NCBI RefSeq assembly: GCF_006345805.1
Contig: NC_043004.1
Location: forward strand, 75,640,001-75,704,000
Reading direction: 5' to 3'
Length of the DNA: 64,000 bases
DNA from: Octopus sinensis
Taxonomy: Eukaryota
Made by a program: the position numbers and the translations under genes. How positions within the stretch are numbered: the first letter of the stretch is position 1; each line of letters begins with the position of its first letter. Positions 36,584 to 47,905 of this stretch are shown one piece after another. Below the pieces are notes generated by a model. That model did not search any database and had not been told where the DNA came from. It saw nothing but the letters and a program-made list of their open reading frames with translations.

Positions 36584-37085
36584 CCGTAAATCTTTGAGTA
36601 TAGTCCGCCCTTGAGTATAATACGCAGGGGATTTTTAGGGGCTGTACCTCTGAAAATACGCACTGCTTCTCTAACTTGAGTCGTGCATAATTAAGCCAGC
36701 AGCACCTGATCGAACAAACACTTCCGTGCAAGCGTAATTCAATAATTGTGATGTTCTTAACTGTTATATGGGAATGTAAATATGTTTGCAAATTGTTTAT
36801 GTTACGTGTTATTCTGTGTTCTGAATACTTCTATTTTAATAAATGTTGCTTACTGCAAGTTATGGATGATTCTTTTATGACTTCATTGCTTTCGGGCTTA
36901 GCTTAAAGTATTTTCGCACCCGACATCACAAAATGCGTCTGAATAAACATTGCCGGACAGCAAATAGAGACTTGGACATTGCTTAGAAAATATTTTTCAT
37001 TTTTAACCTTGTATATGGTATGCACTAGGGATTTTGACCTTTAAATTTTGGGGAAAAAATGCGGATTATACTCAAGGATTTACGG
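36584..37085. mobile_element. Tc1/mariner/pogo-type MITE (502 bp)
   Basis: TA flanks; 25-bp TIR ccgtaaatcYttgagtataRtccgc. Confidence 0.85.
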
Positions 37086-38116
37086 TACTAAGTTTCATAG
37101 CATATATGATTATCATTATCATCATCAATCTCTGGACATTACTTAACTGTCTCATGTCCTAGAACTCATAGAACTGGTCGCTCATGACAGATTGAAACCA
37201 AGACCACAAACATTCATTCTGAATGGAGCACCAGACCATCACAGGGTTACTCATTTACTGCTGAGTGAACTGGAGCAATGTCATTATATGTGTGTGTGTG
37301 TGCCATCATCATCATCGTTGAACGTCTACTTTCTATGCTGGCATGGGTTGGACAGTTTGACTGAAAACTGGTAGGCTGAGGAGCTGCACCAGGTTCAGCA
37401 AGGTTTCTACAGCTGGATGCTCTTCCTAACACTAACCACTCCGAGAGTGTAGTAGGTACTTTTTATGTGCCATTGACCTGGCACTGGCTTCAGCCATGCC
37501 TATGGTCTCACTTGGCTTGACGGGTCAACATAAGCACAGTATATCACCAAGGGTCTCAGTCACCTGGCGCTACCTCCATGAGGCCTAACAATTGAATGGT
37601 GCTTTTTACATGCCACCAGCAAGGGTGCCAGTCACACGACACTGACATTGGCCACGACTACAATTTCACTCAGTTCAACAGGTCATATATGTAGAGAGAA
37701 GCTACAACAGTGAATACAATATATATATATATATATTATATTCTGTAAAATGGTTGTGTCAGGAAGGGAATCTGGCTGAAGAAATTATGCCAAAACAGAT
37801 ATGGAGCCCAGCCAGCTCTTGTCAAACAATCCATGCCACCATGGAAAACAGACATATGATGATGAAATATATATATATATATATAGTTATTTTGTTTTAA
37901 ACATCCACTTTTTCAATGCTTGCATGGGTCAAACATAGAATCTGAACAATTTCGAAAGAGATGAAAATGGAAGAAACGTTACTCCCAATTTTTCTAACAG
38001 GTTTTATTGACACAAGTGAGGTGGAAATATCTACAAGGGATCGGATGACCTGGACACTGCTTGCCAGAAGCCAACAGACCAGCTTTATAGAGAGCTTTAC
38101 CATTTATAATCTAAAT

Positions 38117-38488
38117 CAGTGCTTCTCAACCATTTTCTGTCTACGGACTCCTTAGAGTACCATTTTATTCCGGTGGACCCCCAAGAGCCACTCAATGTTT
38201 AAAAATTCATTTAATAGATACTCCTTTCAAAATTCTGATTCTGTTTTACATGTGTTCACCTGTGTAGGCTTGCAATAATACTCTCTGAGAGAGCATGTTT
38301 CCAACGCCGGAAACATGATGAACCAGGTAAATCCTGAAAGAAAGAAACCTAGGTGTTTCTTGCAGTAAATAAATTGAAAGAAAAAATTTCTTCAAGGAAC
38401 TTTAAAATACTACAGTGGATCCCCAATTTACTAATTTGCTTGGTTGGACCCTCCAAAATCTTATAGGGACTCTAATTGAGGACTAACA
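38117..38488. mobile_element. hAT (Charlie-like) MITE
   Basis: cagtgcttctcaacc left end; perfect 8-bp TSD atctaaat at 38109-38116 and 38489-38496; right TIR degenerate. Confidence 0.8.
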
Positions 38489-39049
38489 ATCTAAATTTGG
38501 ATATTTTCAAACATCTTTTATTACGAGGAATCTAATTAGATAGACATAGATGAAATGTCAAGCATGAAGCATGAAGGGGGGGGAGCCTGAAAAGAAGCAA
38601 TTACACGACTACAAGAACAGAGAAAGAAATGGCGGGGGTGGGGGTAGTTAAAACAAACGAAAATAACATTATATATAAAATTCAATCTACAAGACCTCTT
38701 AGAAGAAATTATGCCAACAGAATACTCTCTCTCTCTCTTTTTTTTTTTTTTTTTCCAAAAACAGGACTGACACCTACTTACAGCAGTAATGGATGATAAA
38801 CTATCCATTAAAAGAAAATATATGAAGCATCTTAAGAGAAAGATCTAGAAATATTAAGATTACAAAGAAACGTATCGATCTAAATAGAATTAGGTCATTT
38901 GGAGAAATTGTTGGAATTATCAGGTCCTAGATTCACACAACATACAATCGTCTTTATTTTTAATATCAGACAAATATAGTTTTAAATTAGATTGAAAAAA
39001 AAAAAAAAATTCACTTTTGGTTTCATTGGATTTTATATATACACGTTTA

Positions 39050-39159
39050 CACACCACCGCAAAGCATTTCATCTCAATCCTGTCTTCTTTCTGCCGCCTA
39101 AAACCTCATCTCCCAATTCTCTCTCTCGCTATGTGGTGTCGGTTCTCCCTCTGTTTTCA

Positions 39160-39207
<48 letters not shown>

Positions 39208-39451
39208 ATATATCTCACCTTCACTCGCTTCCGCAGGATGAAAAATCATCAGCTAAGTTCCCGACCTGTTTCCTCTTTTCATTGTTTTTGCAAGCCTTAT
39301 TATCCCCATCTAATAGCGTTATCGTTGTCTTTCGTCTCAAATGCTAGCTGAAGCATAAAAACTTTCACTCACAAAAACTTATTCACACCACCGCAAAGCA
39401 TTTCATCTCAACCCTGTCTTCTTTCTGCCGCCTAAAACCTCATCTCCCAAT
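39050..39451 (+). repeat. 68-bp direct repeat (39050-39117 and 39384-39451, one mismatch) around a (CT)n-containing spacer
   Basis: cacaccaccgcaaagcatttcatctcaa.cctgtcttctttctgccgcctaaaacctcatctcccaat occurs twice, 334 bp apart. Confidence 0.92.
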
Positions 39452-39950
39452 GCGCGGTGCGCCCGCCCTCCCACCCCCACCACCAATACCGGATATCTCT
39501 ATATGTTGCTCCATCTATACCGGATGTCGCTTCTCCCACCACCATTATAGGTGTCTACTCTTCGAACCCCCCTCTTCAATACGCTATTTCACCATGCATT
39601 ACCCCTCTCTCGATATCCTACATTCTACTTGCCTAGAACCTGTCATCATTTCTCTGAACCACCCCTCCCCACTGGTGCTCCCCTATATTTCTGCACTCCC
39701 CCCCCCACACATAAAAAGCACCATCCGAACGTGGCCGATGCCAGACCCCTCTGGCACCTGTGCAGGTGGCACGTAAAAAGCACCCACTACACTCGCGGAG
39801 TGGTTGGCGTTAGGAAGGGCATCCAGCTGTAGAAACACTGCCAGACTAGACTGGAGCCTGGGGCAGTCCCGAGCTCCCCAGACCCCGGTCGAAACCGTCC
39901 AACCCGTGCTAGCGTGGAAAACGGACGTTAAACGATGATGATGAATGATG
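39452..39950 (+). mobile_element. Second copy of the same non-autonomous RTE-tailed element (single core unit)
   Basis: The last roughly 230 nt are nearly identical to 26690-26920 (two substitutions seen by eye); same head. Confidence 0.8.
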
Positions 39951-41176
39951 AAATTGCTTTACGGCCCAAGTAATTAAATATAATTGCAATATGAATTACA
40001 CAGCTATGTAAATTAGTTCCATTTATTATATACTTCCTGCTCATTATAAACACAATTGATTTGGCATCTATGCCACCTGACTAATTAAACTTTTAAAAGT
40101 ATTGTTGACAGGTGTGAACTAACCTTGATTAAGTTTTTGATCTATAGAGGCTGTTTAACAACATGGGGAAGCCTTAAACTAGCAAACCATCACCAAAGGC
40201 CTTCTAACAATGACCTGCCCTACCTCTTTAGGGGTTTCTAGTTCTACATTTAAATAGCCATATCAGGAGCCAGTCCTTCACATCTACCCTGTGTCAGTCT
40301 AAATATAATCACATCATTGAAAACTCAAAGCCACAAGATAATGCATGATTAATTCTAAACAATGTGAATAAGAATTACATTTGACAGAGTAATCTGAAGG
40401 GGAGGGGGAAGAAATAGGTGATTTAGCTGCTATTTCTAACAGGCTGAGTGACCACACTAATTTCAATATTGACTCACTAGTTTTATACTACACTGAAGTA
40501 ACAGTGCTTACTGATATAGACAGTAAGGTCTCTTGACATAATTGCGGTAGACAGAGCCTCATGGCCTAACTCATTTCATTCATTCCTTTTTCTAAATTAA
40601 CACGAGATGCTTTCTGAACATGTGTACATTAATTTATGAATAATCATTAAGGCATACCCATTTTACCGCAAGATGTCATTCCAATTGGAAACTACTCAAC
40701 CATGAACTGGAAGTAGACAGTGAGTTAAATGAATTCCTTGTTCAAGAACATAGTGTCTATAGTCATGGTTCAGGCTCTCTCTTAACCCACTTTGATGTAC
40801 AGACATCAAAATGAATTAATGCATGTATATCTATAGCGAGGAATTCTTTGATGAAGTTTTGCCGAAAATTTCAGCTTTTAACCAGAGTGGTAGTAGTAGT
40901 AGTAGTAGTAGTTAAAGTACATCTTTATCAATGGAAATGGAAATTTTTCTTTCTTTTAAACAAAGAACAAAGTGCTCACATCCAGTTGTCACTTTTTTCC
41001 TTTTTTTTTTTAACTCATTCCAAACATGTCTGAAATTGAAAACTATTCCAGATAGAGCATCTACTAACAACTTCATTAAAAACAATCCTATCTAAATTTG
41101 GATTATTTTAGCAGATGTAAAAATCAAAGGTACAACAAATTAACAGTTCTTATGTAATATGTATGTATGTGTATGT

Positions 41177-43062
41177 ATCATCATCATCATTTAGCGTCCG
41201 TTTTCCATGCTAGCATGGGTTGGACGGTTCTACTGGGGTCTGTGAAGCCAGAAGGCTTCATCAGGCCCAGTCAAATCTGGCAGTGTTTCTACGGCTGGAT
41301 GCCCTTCCTAACGCCAACCACTCCGTGAGTGTAGTGGGTGCTTTTTACGTGCCATCCGCACTGGTGCCAGACAGAGCTGGCAAACGGCCACGAACGGATG
41401 GTGCTTTTTATGTGCCACCGGCACGAGGGCCAGGCAAGGCTGGCAACGGACACGAAACGGGGCGGTGCTGGCAACGGTCGCGAAACGGAAAGTTCTCTTA
41501 CATGCCACCGGCACTGGTAACACATCTGCAATTTCCATTGATCGATTTCGATTCTGATCCTCACTTGCCTCAATGGGTCTTCACAAGCAGAGTTTCGACA
41601 TGCCGGCACTGGTAGCACATCCGCAATTTCCATTGATCGATTTCGATTCTGATCCTCACTTGCCTCAACACGTCTTCACAAGTAGAGTTTTGTGTCCCAA
41701 GAAGGGAAGGTATGCATACGTAGGCTGGCTCCATCCCATGTAGAAGGCCACGGGTTGTGGACTCACTTGTCCTGCCGGGTCTTCTCGCGCACAGCACACT
41801 TCCAGAGGTCTCGGTCTCTAGTCATTTCCTCAGTGAGACCTAAAGTTCGAAGGTCATGCTTCACCACCTCGTCCCAGGTTTTCCTGGGTCTGCCTCTTCC
41901 ACAGGTTCCCTCAACCGCTAGGGTGTGGCACTTTTTCACACAACTATCTTCATCCATTCTCGCCACATGACCATACCAGCGCAAATGTCTCTCTTGCACA
42001 CCACAACTGATGCTTCTTAGGTCCAGCTTTTCTCTCAAGGTACTTACACTCTGCCGAGTGTGAGTACCGGCATTACACATCCATCGGAGCATACTGGCTT
42101 CATTTCTAGCGAGCTTACGCATATCCTCAGCAGTCACGGCCCATGTTTCACTGCCATGTAGCATGGCTGTTCGTACACACGCATCATACAGTCTACCTTT
42201 CACTCTGTGCGAGAGGCCTTTTGTCACCAGCAGAGGTAAGAGCTCTCTGAACTTTGCCCAAGCTATTCTTACTCTAGCAGTTACACTTTCAGCACACCCG
42301 CCCCCGCTGCTGACTTGGTCACCTAGGTAACGGAAACTATCAACTATTTCTAGTTTTTCTCCCTGGAAAGTGACGGAAGTTGGTCTCAGAGCATTTTCAG
42401 TGTTTATTGTTCCTGAGCATCTGCCACATACAAAAACCATCTTCCTAGTTAGCCTTCCTTTGACATTGCTGCATCTCTTATGTGTCCATAGCTTACACTT
42501 GGTGCATCTTATAGAGTTTCTACCTACACCTTTTCTACAGATCGAGCAGGGCCATCTACCTGAAGGTGTTTGTGATTTGTCTACCTTCCTACTGATTACG
42601 ACTTTGGTTTTAGCTAGATTGACTCTGAGGCCCTTCGATTCTAATCCTTGTTTCCACACCTGAAACTTCTCCTCCAGTTCTGATAGCGACTCAGCAATTA
42701 GAGCAAGGTCATCAGCATAGAGGAGCTCCCAAGGGCATCCTGTCTTGAATTCCTCCGTTATTGCCTGGAGGACTATGATAAATAGGAGGGGGCTGAGTAC
42801 TGAGCCTTGGTGGACCCCTACCTCTACCCGGAATTCTTCACTGTACTCATTTCCAACCCTCACCCTACTAGCGGCGTCCCTATACATGGCCCGCACAGCT
42901 CTCACTAACCATTCATCTATCCCTAGTTTTCTCATTGCCCACCAGATAAGGGATCGGGGGACCCTGTCGAAGGCTTTCTCCATGTCAACAAAAGCCAGGT
43001 ACAGGGGCTTATCTTTGGCTAGGTATTTCTCCTGCAGCTGCCTTACCAGGAATATAGCATCA

Positions 43063-43064
<2 letters not shown>
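41177..43064 (-). mobile_element. Young 5'-truncated RTE-clade LINE with 3' UTR and (GAT)n tail
   Basis: Open RT frame 43064-41763, then about 590 nt of 3' UTR ending in (ATG)n at 41177; both ends sit in microsatellites. Confidence 0.93.
41763..43064 (-). CDS. RTE reverse transcriptase, C-terminal part (about 433 aa), with an inserted C4HC3 PHD-like finger
   Basis: Motifs FVDMEKAFDRVPR, GVHQGSVLSPLLF, LLYADDL, FRYLG, LRWYGHVARM and GRGRPRKTW. The ORF-track N-terminus (MLFTQ...YIYIYI) is read-through of microsatellite. Confidence 0.93.
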
Positions 43065-43151
<87 letters not shown>

Positions 43152-43177
43152 CAGACAGAGTTGAGTAAAGAGCATAA

Positions 43178-43372
43178 ATATGAAATTTAAATAAATGACA
43201 AAGGAACAGGAAATTACACAATGAACTGCATTAGCTTACAGCCGTTTCTGCTATAAGAGGCAGTGCACCCAGAGGTGGGTGCTTGTGCATCACTTTAAAG
43301 TAGAAACAGCTGTAAGCTAATGATGTTCACTGCATAAGTTCCAGTTCCTTTGCCTTATATTTAATTTCATAT
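43178..43372. repeat. Imperfect palindrome of about 195 bp (MITE or inverted PLE termini)
   Basis: atatgaaatt..aaaggaac..cattagcttacagc..tttct / agaaacagctgtaagctaatg..gttcctttg..aatttcatat. Confidence 0.7.
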
Positions 43373-46029
43373 ATGTGTGTGTGAGCATTTGTGGATGGAC
43401 AGATATAGACTGCAACAAGAAGGGTGTCCAGCCATAGAAAATCTGTTTCATTAAACTCCATCTTACTCACGCAGACACAGAAAAACATAAGACAATGAAG
43501 ATGATATAATTGTGCCTCTCTCTCTCTGTATACACATCTTTGTTTCCATTTTTTTTCTCATCCACAAACACATACATGCATATACATAAATGCACACATC
43601 TTATTTACCATCCAAAACACATCACACCTTATCCAAACTAATCACACACATACATACACACAAACACAAATCAATATGCAGTCGGCTGCCAACCCAATAT
43701 AGTGGCATGTCTTTAACCACCGTTCAACTACATTGCAATTTACTAACCCAAATTCAAGTCTTAATTATATACCAAATGAAGCATCTACTTTGCATAACCA
43801 TGATACAAGCACCAATAGCTTGACTCTGACAATTCAGTTACTATCCTATATTAATACACAGCCAATTTTAGTCTTATTTCTTGTCTTATCAATCACTGCA
43901 ACCCACATAATACAACAATATATCTCCAAGTTTTATGTTGGTTAAAACAGCATCCTGAGAAGTCGCATTCTGCTATTTCTCACACCATTTCACCTATTAT
44001 TCTACAAAGTCTACAAAATCTTCAATCTTCCTAACTGGCCAACAATATATGCATCTTCTCTTATACTTACCAATATATCTTTCCATATCAATAGTCTTCC
44101 TATCTGGGCTGTACTCCTATGCTATCTACACATATTAGTTTCGGTATGTCTTTATGAAATGCCGTCATATCGCTAATAATTCTATCCACTTTTATCTTCA
44201 TACACTATTACTTTAAGCAATGAAGATTTTGAACACACACAATTTAACACTGTTCAACCAGATTTCAAAGAATTTTAGCCTTTCTTCTAAGCATATAAGT
44301 TCTTTTCCATTTATATTGATTTTCCAATGCTTATATTTTCAAGCCATCATTTTTGGCTAAGAGTATGGTAAATGTAGTACGCAGTCATACATACAGAAGC
44401 TATATGTATGGAATTTGATTTTCCCATTAACTGTAGCAATACTTTGAGTAACTCATCTACCAAGAGTTTGCTAAGCCTGTTAGCATTTAAACCAGCTACA
44501 TCCAGCCCAAATATTCTTTCTGTATATATGTTTCTTTACTACCCACAAGGAGCTAAACATAGAGGGTACAAACAAGGACAGACAAATGGATTAAGTCGAT
44601 TACATCGACCCAGTGCATAACTGGTACTTAATTTATCGAACCCGAAAGGATGAAAGGCAAAGTCAACCTCGGCGGAATTCTTTCTGTATTATGGTCAAAC
44701 CAACCAGATTTGGCCTCTCACACCTATCCTACACGGTCACTCCAAAAGTAAACAAAATCATATCCTGAAATAAAACGAGATAATGCCCGATTAATTCAAA
44801 ATAATGTGAATAAACAGACATTACATTTGACAAAGTAATTTCAATGCTAAAGGGTTAACAAGTTGCAATGGGCAAATTGTTATGGCATTGGCCCCTTCAC
44901 TGTAGTATCACATATTGTGACTAAGTAGGCTAAAAGAATCTCACTGCATCACTTAATGACATTAAATTGTTTTGTCTTTGACAGAACAACCTGGTGAATG
45001 TGAAGCACCGAAATGAACTGGGAACTGAAGACTTGTTGCATAGTTTAGTGCCAGAAACGAAGTCCTCTCACACAAAAATGAAAGAATTTTTGCCTCAATT
45101 TTCACAGCTCCATTTAATAAGTTTTAATAATCCAAAATTTATTTCACAACTTAGTAACTTCCCTCTTCTTTTTACAGATGGCAATGGATATATATATATA
45201 TATATATATATACCAGGGTATACAACTTGAGAAATTTACTTGACTTATTGAAGCAGATATGTCTGTGGTTAAAAGGCCCACTCTGCAGCCATGTGGTTTC
45301 AAGTTCAAACCCAATGTACAGCACCAAGGGCAAGTGTCCAAGCCAATCAATGCTTGTGAGCAAATTTGGTAGAGAGAAACTATAAAAAAAGCCCATACAT
45401 ACATTATATTACTCTTCTATTTGTTTCAGTCATTCCATGTTGGAGTACTGTCTTTAGTCAAGCAAATCAACCCCAGGACTTATTCTTTGCAAGCCTAGTA
45501 CTTATTCTATCAGTCTTTTTTGCCGAACGTAAACACACCAGCATTGGTTGTCAGGTGACGTTGTGGGGGGCAAAAACAGACACAAACATATACACACATA
45601 CATACGACAGGCTTCTTTCAGTTTCCATCTACGAAATCCACTCACAAGGATTTGGTCGGCCCAAGGCTATAGTTGAAGATACTTGGCCAAGGTGCTATGC
45701 AGTGGGATTGAACCTGGAACAATGTGGTTAGTAAGCAAGCTACTTACCACACAGTCACTTACAGACACACATATATATAATGGTATATGTGTCTTTCCAT
45801 ATACTATCAGTTGACAACTGGTGTTGGTTTGTTTACATCACCAGGAACTGGCGGTTCAGCAAAAGACACCGATCGAATAAGCACCAAACTTGGAAAAAAT
45901 AAACACTGGGGTTGATTTGTTCAACTGAACCCTAAACCCTTTACCATTCAGAGTACTCCATCAAATTTCATGTATGATTAATTCAAAACAAGACACCAGT
46001 GCTACTGGCATATGTATGTATGTATATAT

Positions 46030-46170
46030 ATATTAAGGGCATTACTATACATAAATACCTCACGCTTGGAAGGACACTTAAAGTCAAAACTACCATAATA
46101 AACACAAGGTGTAGTTTCCACTGAGTCCATCCTAGCATGAGGCATTTGCATATAGTAATGCCCTTAATAT
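46030..46170. mobile_element. Small MITE-like palindrome (141 bp) in a TA tract
   Basis: atattaagggcattactat...atagtaatgcccttaatat, with further imperfect pairing inside. Confidence 0.7.
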
Positions 46171-47030
46171 AAATAAATATAGAGGGAATAATTAATAAAT
46201 TTTTCCCATATGAGTTTTTTCATGCTAACTACTTGATAATTTCTTATAAAAATTTTATCCTATTTTTAAATTATATATATATATTATCCATATATAGTCA
46301 GTATCAATTATCCTCCCTCTGTATACACCCTTTTTACGTTTCCTGTCTTCACCATAAATCTATCAACACTCAATCTCGTATTGTCTCAGTATTTAAATAC
46401 AATTTGTATTTCAACACAAACGTCTGCACTAATATATTCCTTCGTTTGCTGTTTGATAAGATCTAAGCTTATTGTCTTTCCTTCTCGCTTTTTACATCTC
46501 ATTTATATACATTAGCATTAATGGCTGATTGATTAATTGGTTTCTAAAACTACAAGAGATAAGTAATCGTTTTCACACAGATTTAATGAAATCATGCAAA
46601 CCATCATCCTCCATCTTAGACACACAGAAACAAGCACTTAGGTATTTTCATTATACATCTTTTATCTTGTGTTTGTTTCAGCCATTAGACTGCGGCCATG
46701 CTGGGGCACTGCCTTGAAGAGTTTTTAGTTGAATGAATCGACCTGGTACCTCATCTATTGATGTCTTTGCTGAACCTATTTGTACGGGAATATAAACACA
46801 CCAACACCAGTTGTCAAGTCTTGGTGGAGAACAGACACAAAGATACACACACACATATAGGATGGGCTTCTTTCAGTTTCCGTCTACCAAATCCACTCAC
46901 AAGGCTTTGGTCAGCCCAAAGCTCTAGTAGATGACACTCGCCCCTGGTGCCACAGTGGGACTGAACCCAGATCCATGTGGTTGGGAAGCAAACTTCTTAA
47001 CACACAGCCACACCTGTGCATATATAAAAC

Positions 47031-47339
47031 CAGGGTCATGGAATCAGAAACAATAAGGAGTAGTCGGAGTCGGTAAAACTATACCGACTCTGACTCACAA
47101 TATCTTTATTCTTTAATATAAACTAGTTATAACATTTAGGCCTACCCAAAATACAAGCATATGCTTAATGAGATATGAACACCACAATCACTTAATTACA
47201 TAAAGAGGAGTCATACTCAAAGGTGCCAATAGTAGAGGAGTCAGAGTCAAAGGTGCTAACAGTAGAGGAGTCAGAGTCAAAGGTGCCAATAGTAAGGGAG
47301 TCAAAGTTTTTTTGTTTTTGTTTCAACTCCACAGCCTTG
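47031..47339. mobile_element. hAT-like MITE with an internal 30-bp tandem repeat (47205-47305)
   Basis: Ends cagggtcatgga / tccacagccttg; flanks tataaaac / tacaaagc; unit gaggagtcagagtcaaaggtgccaatagta about 3 times. Confidence 0.6.
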
Positions 47340-47582
47340 TACAAAGCACAAGAGTAACGAGGTAAGTTAAGTACAAACTATTTCTCTCCAGCTACTGTAG
47401 ATTTTCTAGATTCCAATATTTTCTCTTCAGTTATACAACATACAAAAAAAATATTCAAAAATTTTGTCACAAGCCATTAACTCATTTCGTAATTTTCTTC
47501 ACATTTGGTCATGAAAGTTGGATAATGACCAAAAGCGTACAATTGTGAATACAAGCAGCTGAAATGGGGTTCCTCTAGAGGA

Positions 47583-47905
47583 TCTCTGGGGTAATGTTAC
47601 TCAACAGGGCGCAAAGCTTGGAGATCAGGGAGTCTCTCCAAGTCAAGCCACAACTATGCTATGAACATATAAGAATATCACAGGAAATCATCACAAGATG
47701 GATTCTTCAAGTCAAGCCAACTGGCAGAAGACCTAGGAGTAGACCAAGAATGAGATGGTTGGATGATATCCATAAACTCGGTCATGCTAAGGAATCCAGC
47801 CAGAGAGTTTATTAATGACGGATGTTTCTCTGAGGACTATGAAGGAGGTGCCTCAGGACTCTGCCCCTATGACATTCCCAGGAATAGCAGGTGGAGAAAA
47901 TGGAT
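47583..47905 (+). mobile_element. RTE/Expander-like LINE 3' fragment
   Basis: KPTGRRPRSRPRMRWLDDI followed by a gaaaatggatgg tail. Confidence 0.65.

Noticed and set aside
43065-43175. N-terminal extension MLFTQLCLFLSL...YIYIY of the 470-aa ORF as a signal or membrane peptide fused to RT
   Set aside because: It is chance read-through of (GA)n(TA)n microsatellite upstream of a 5'-truncated LINE.
43950-44400. Possible ancient LINE RT remnant on minus
   Set aside because: Too many stops and no clear motif to support a call by eye.
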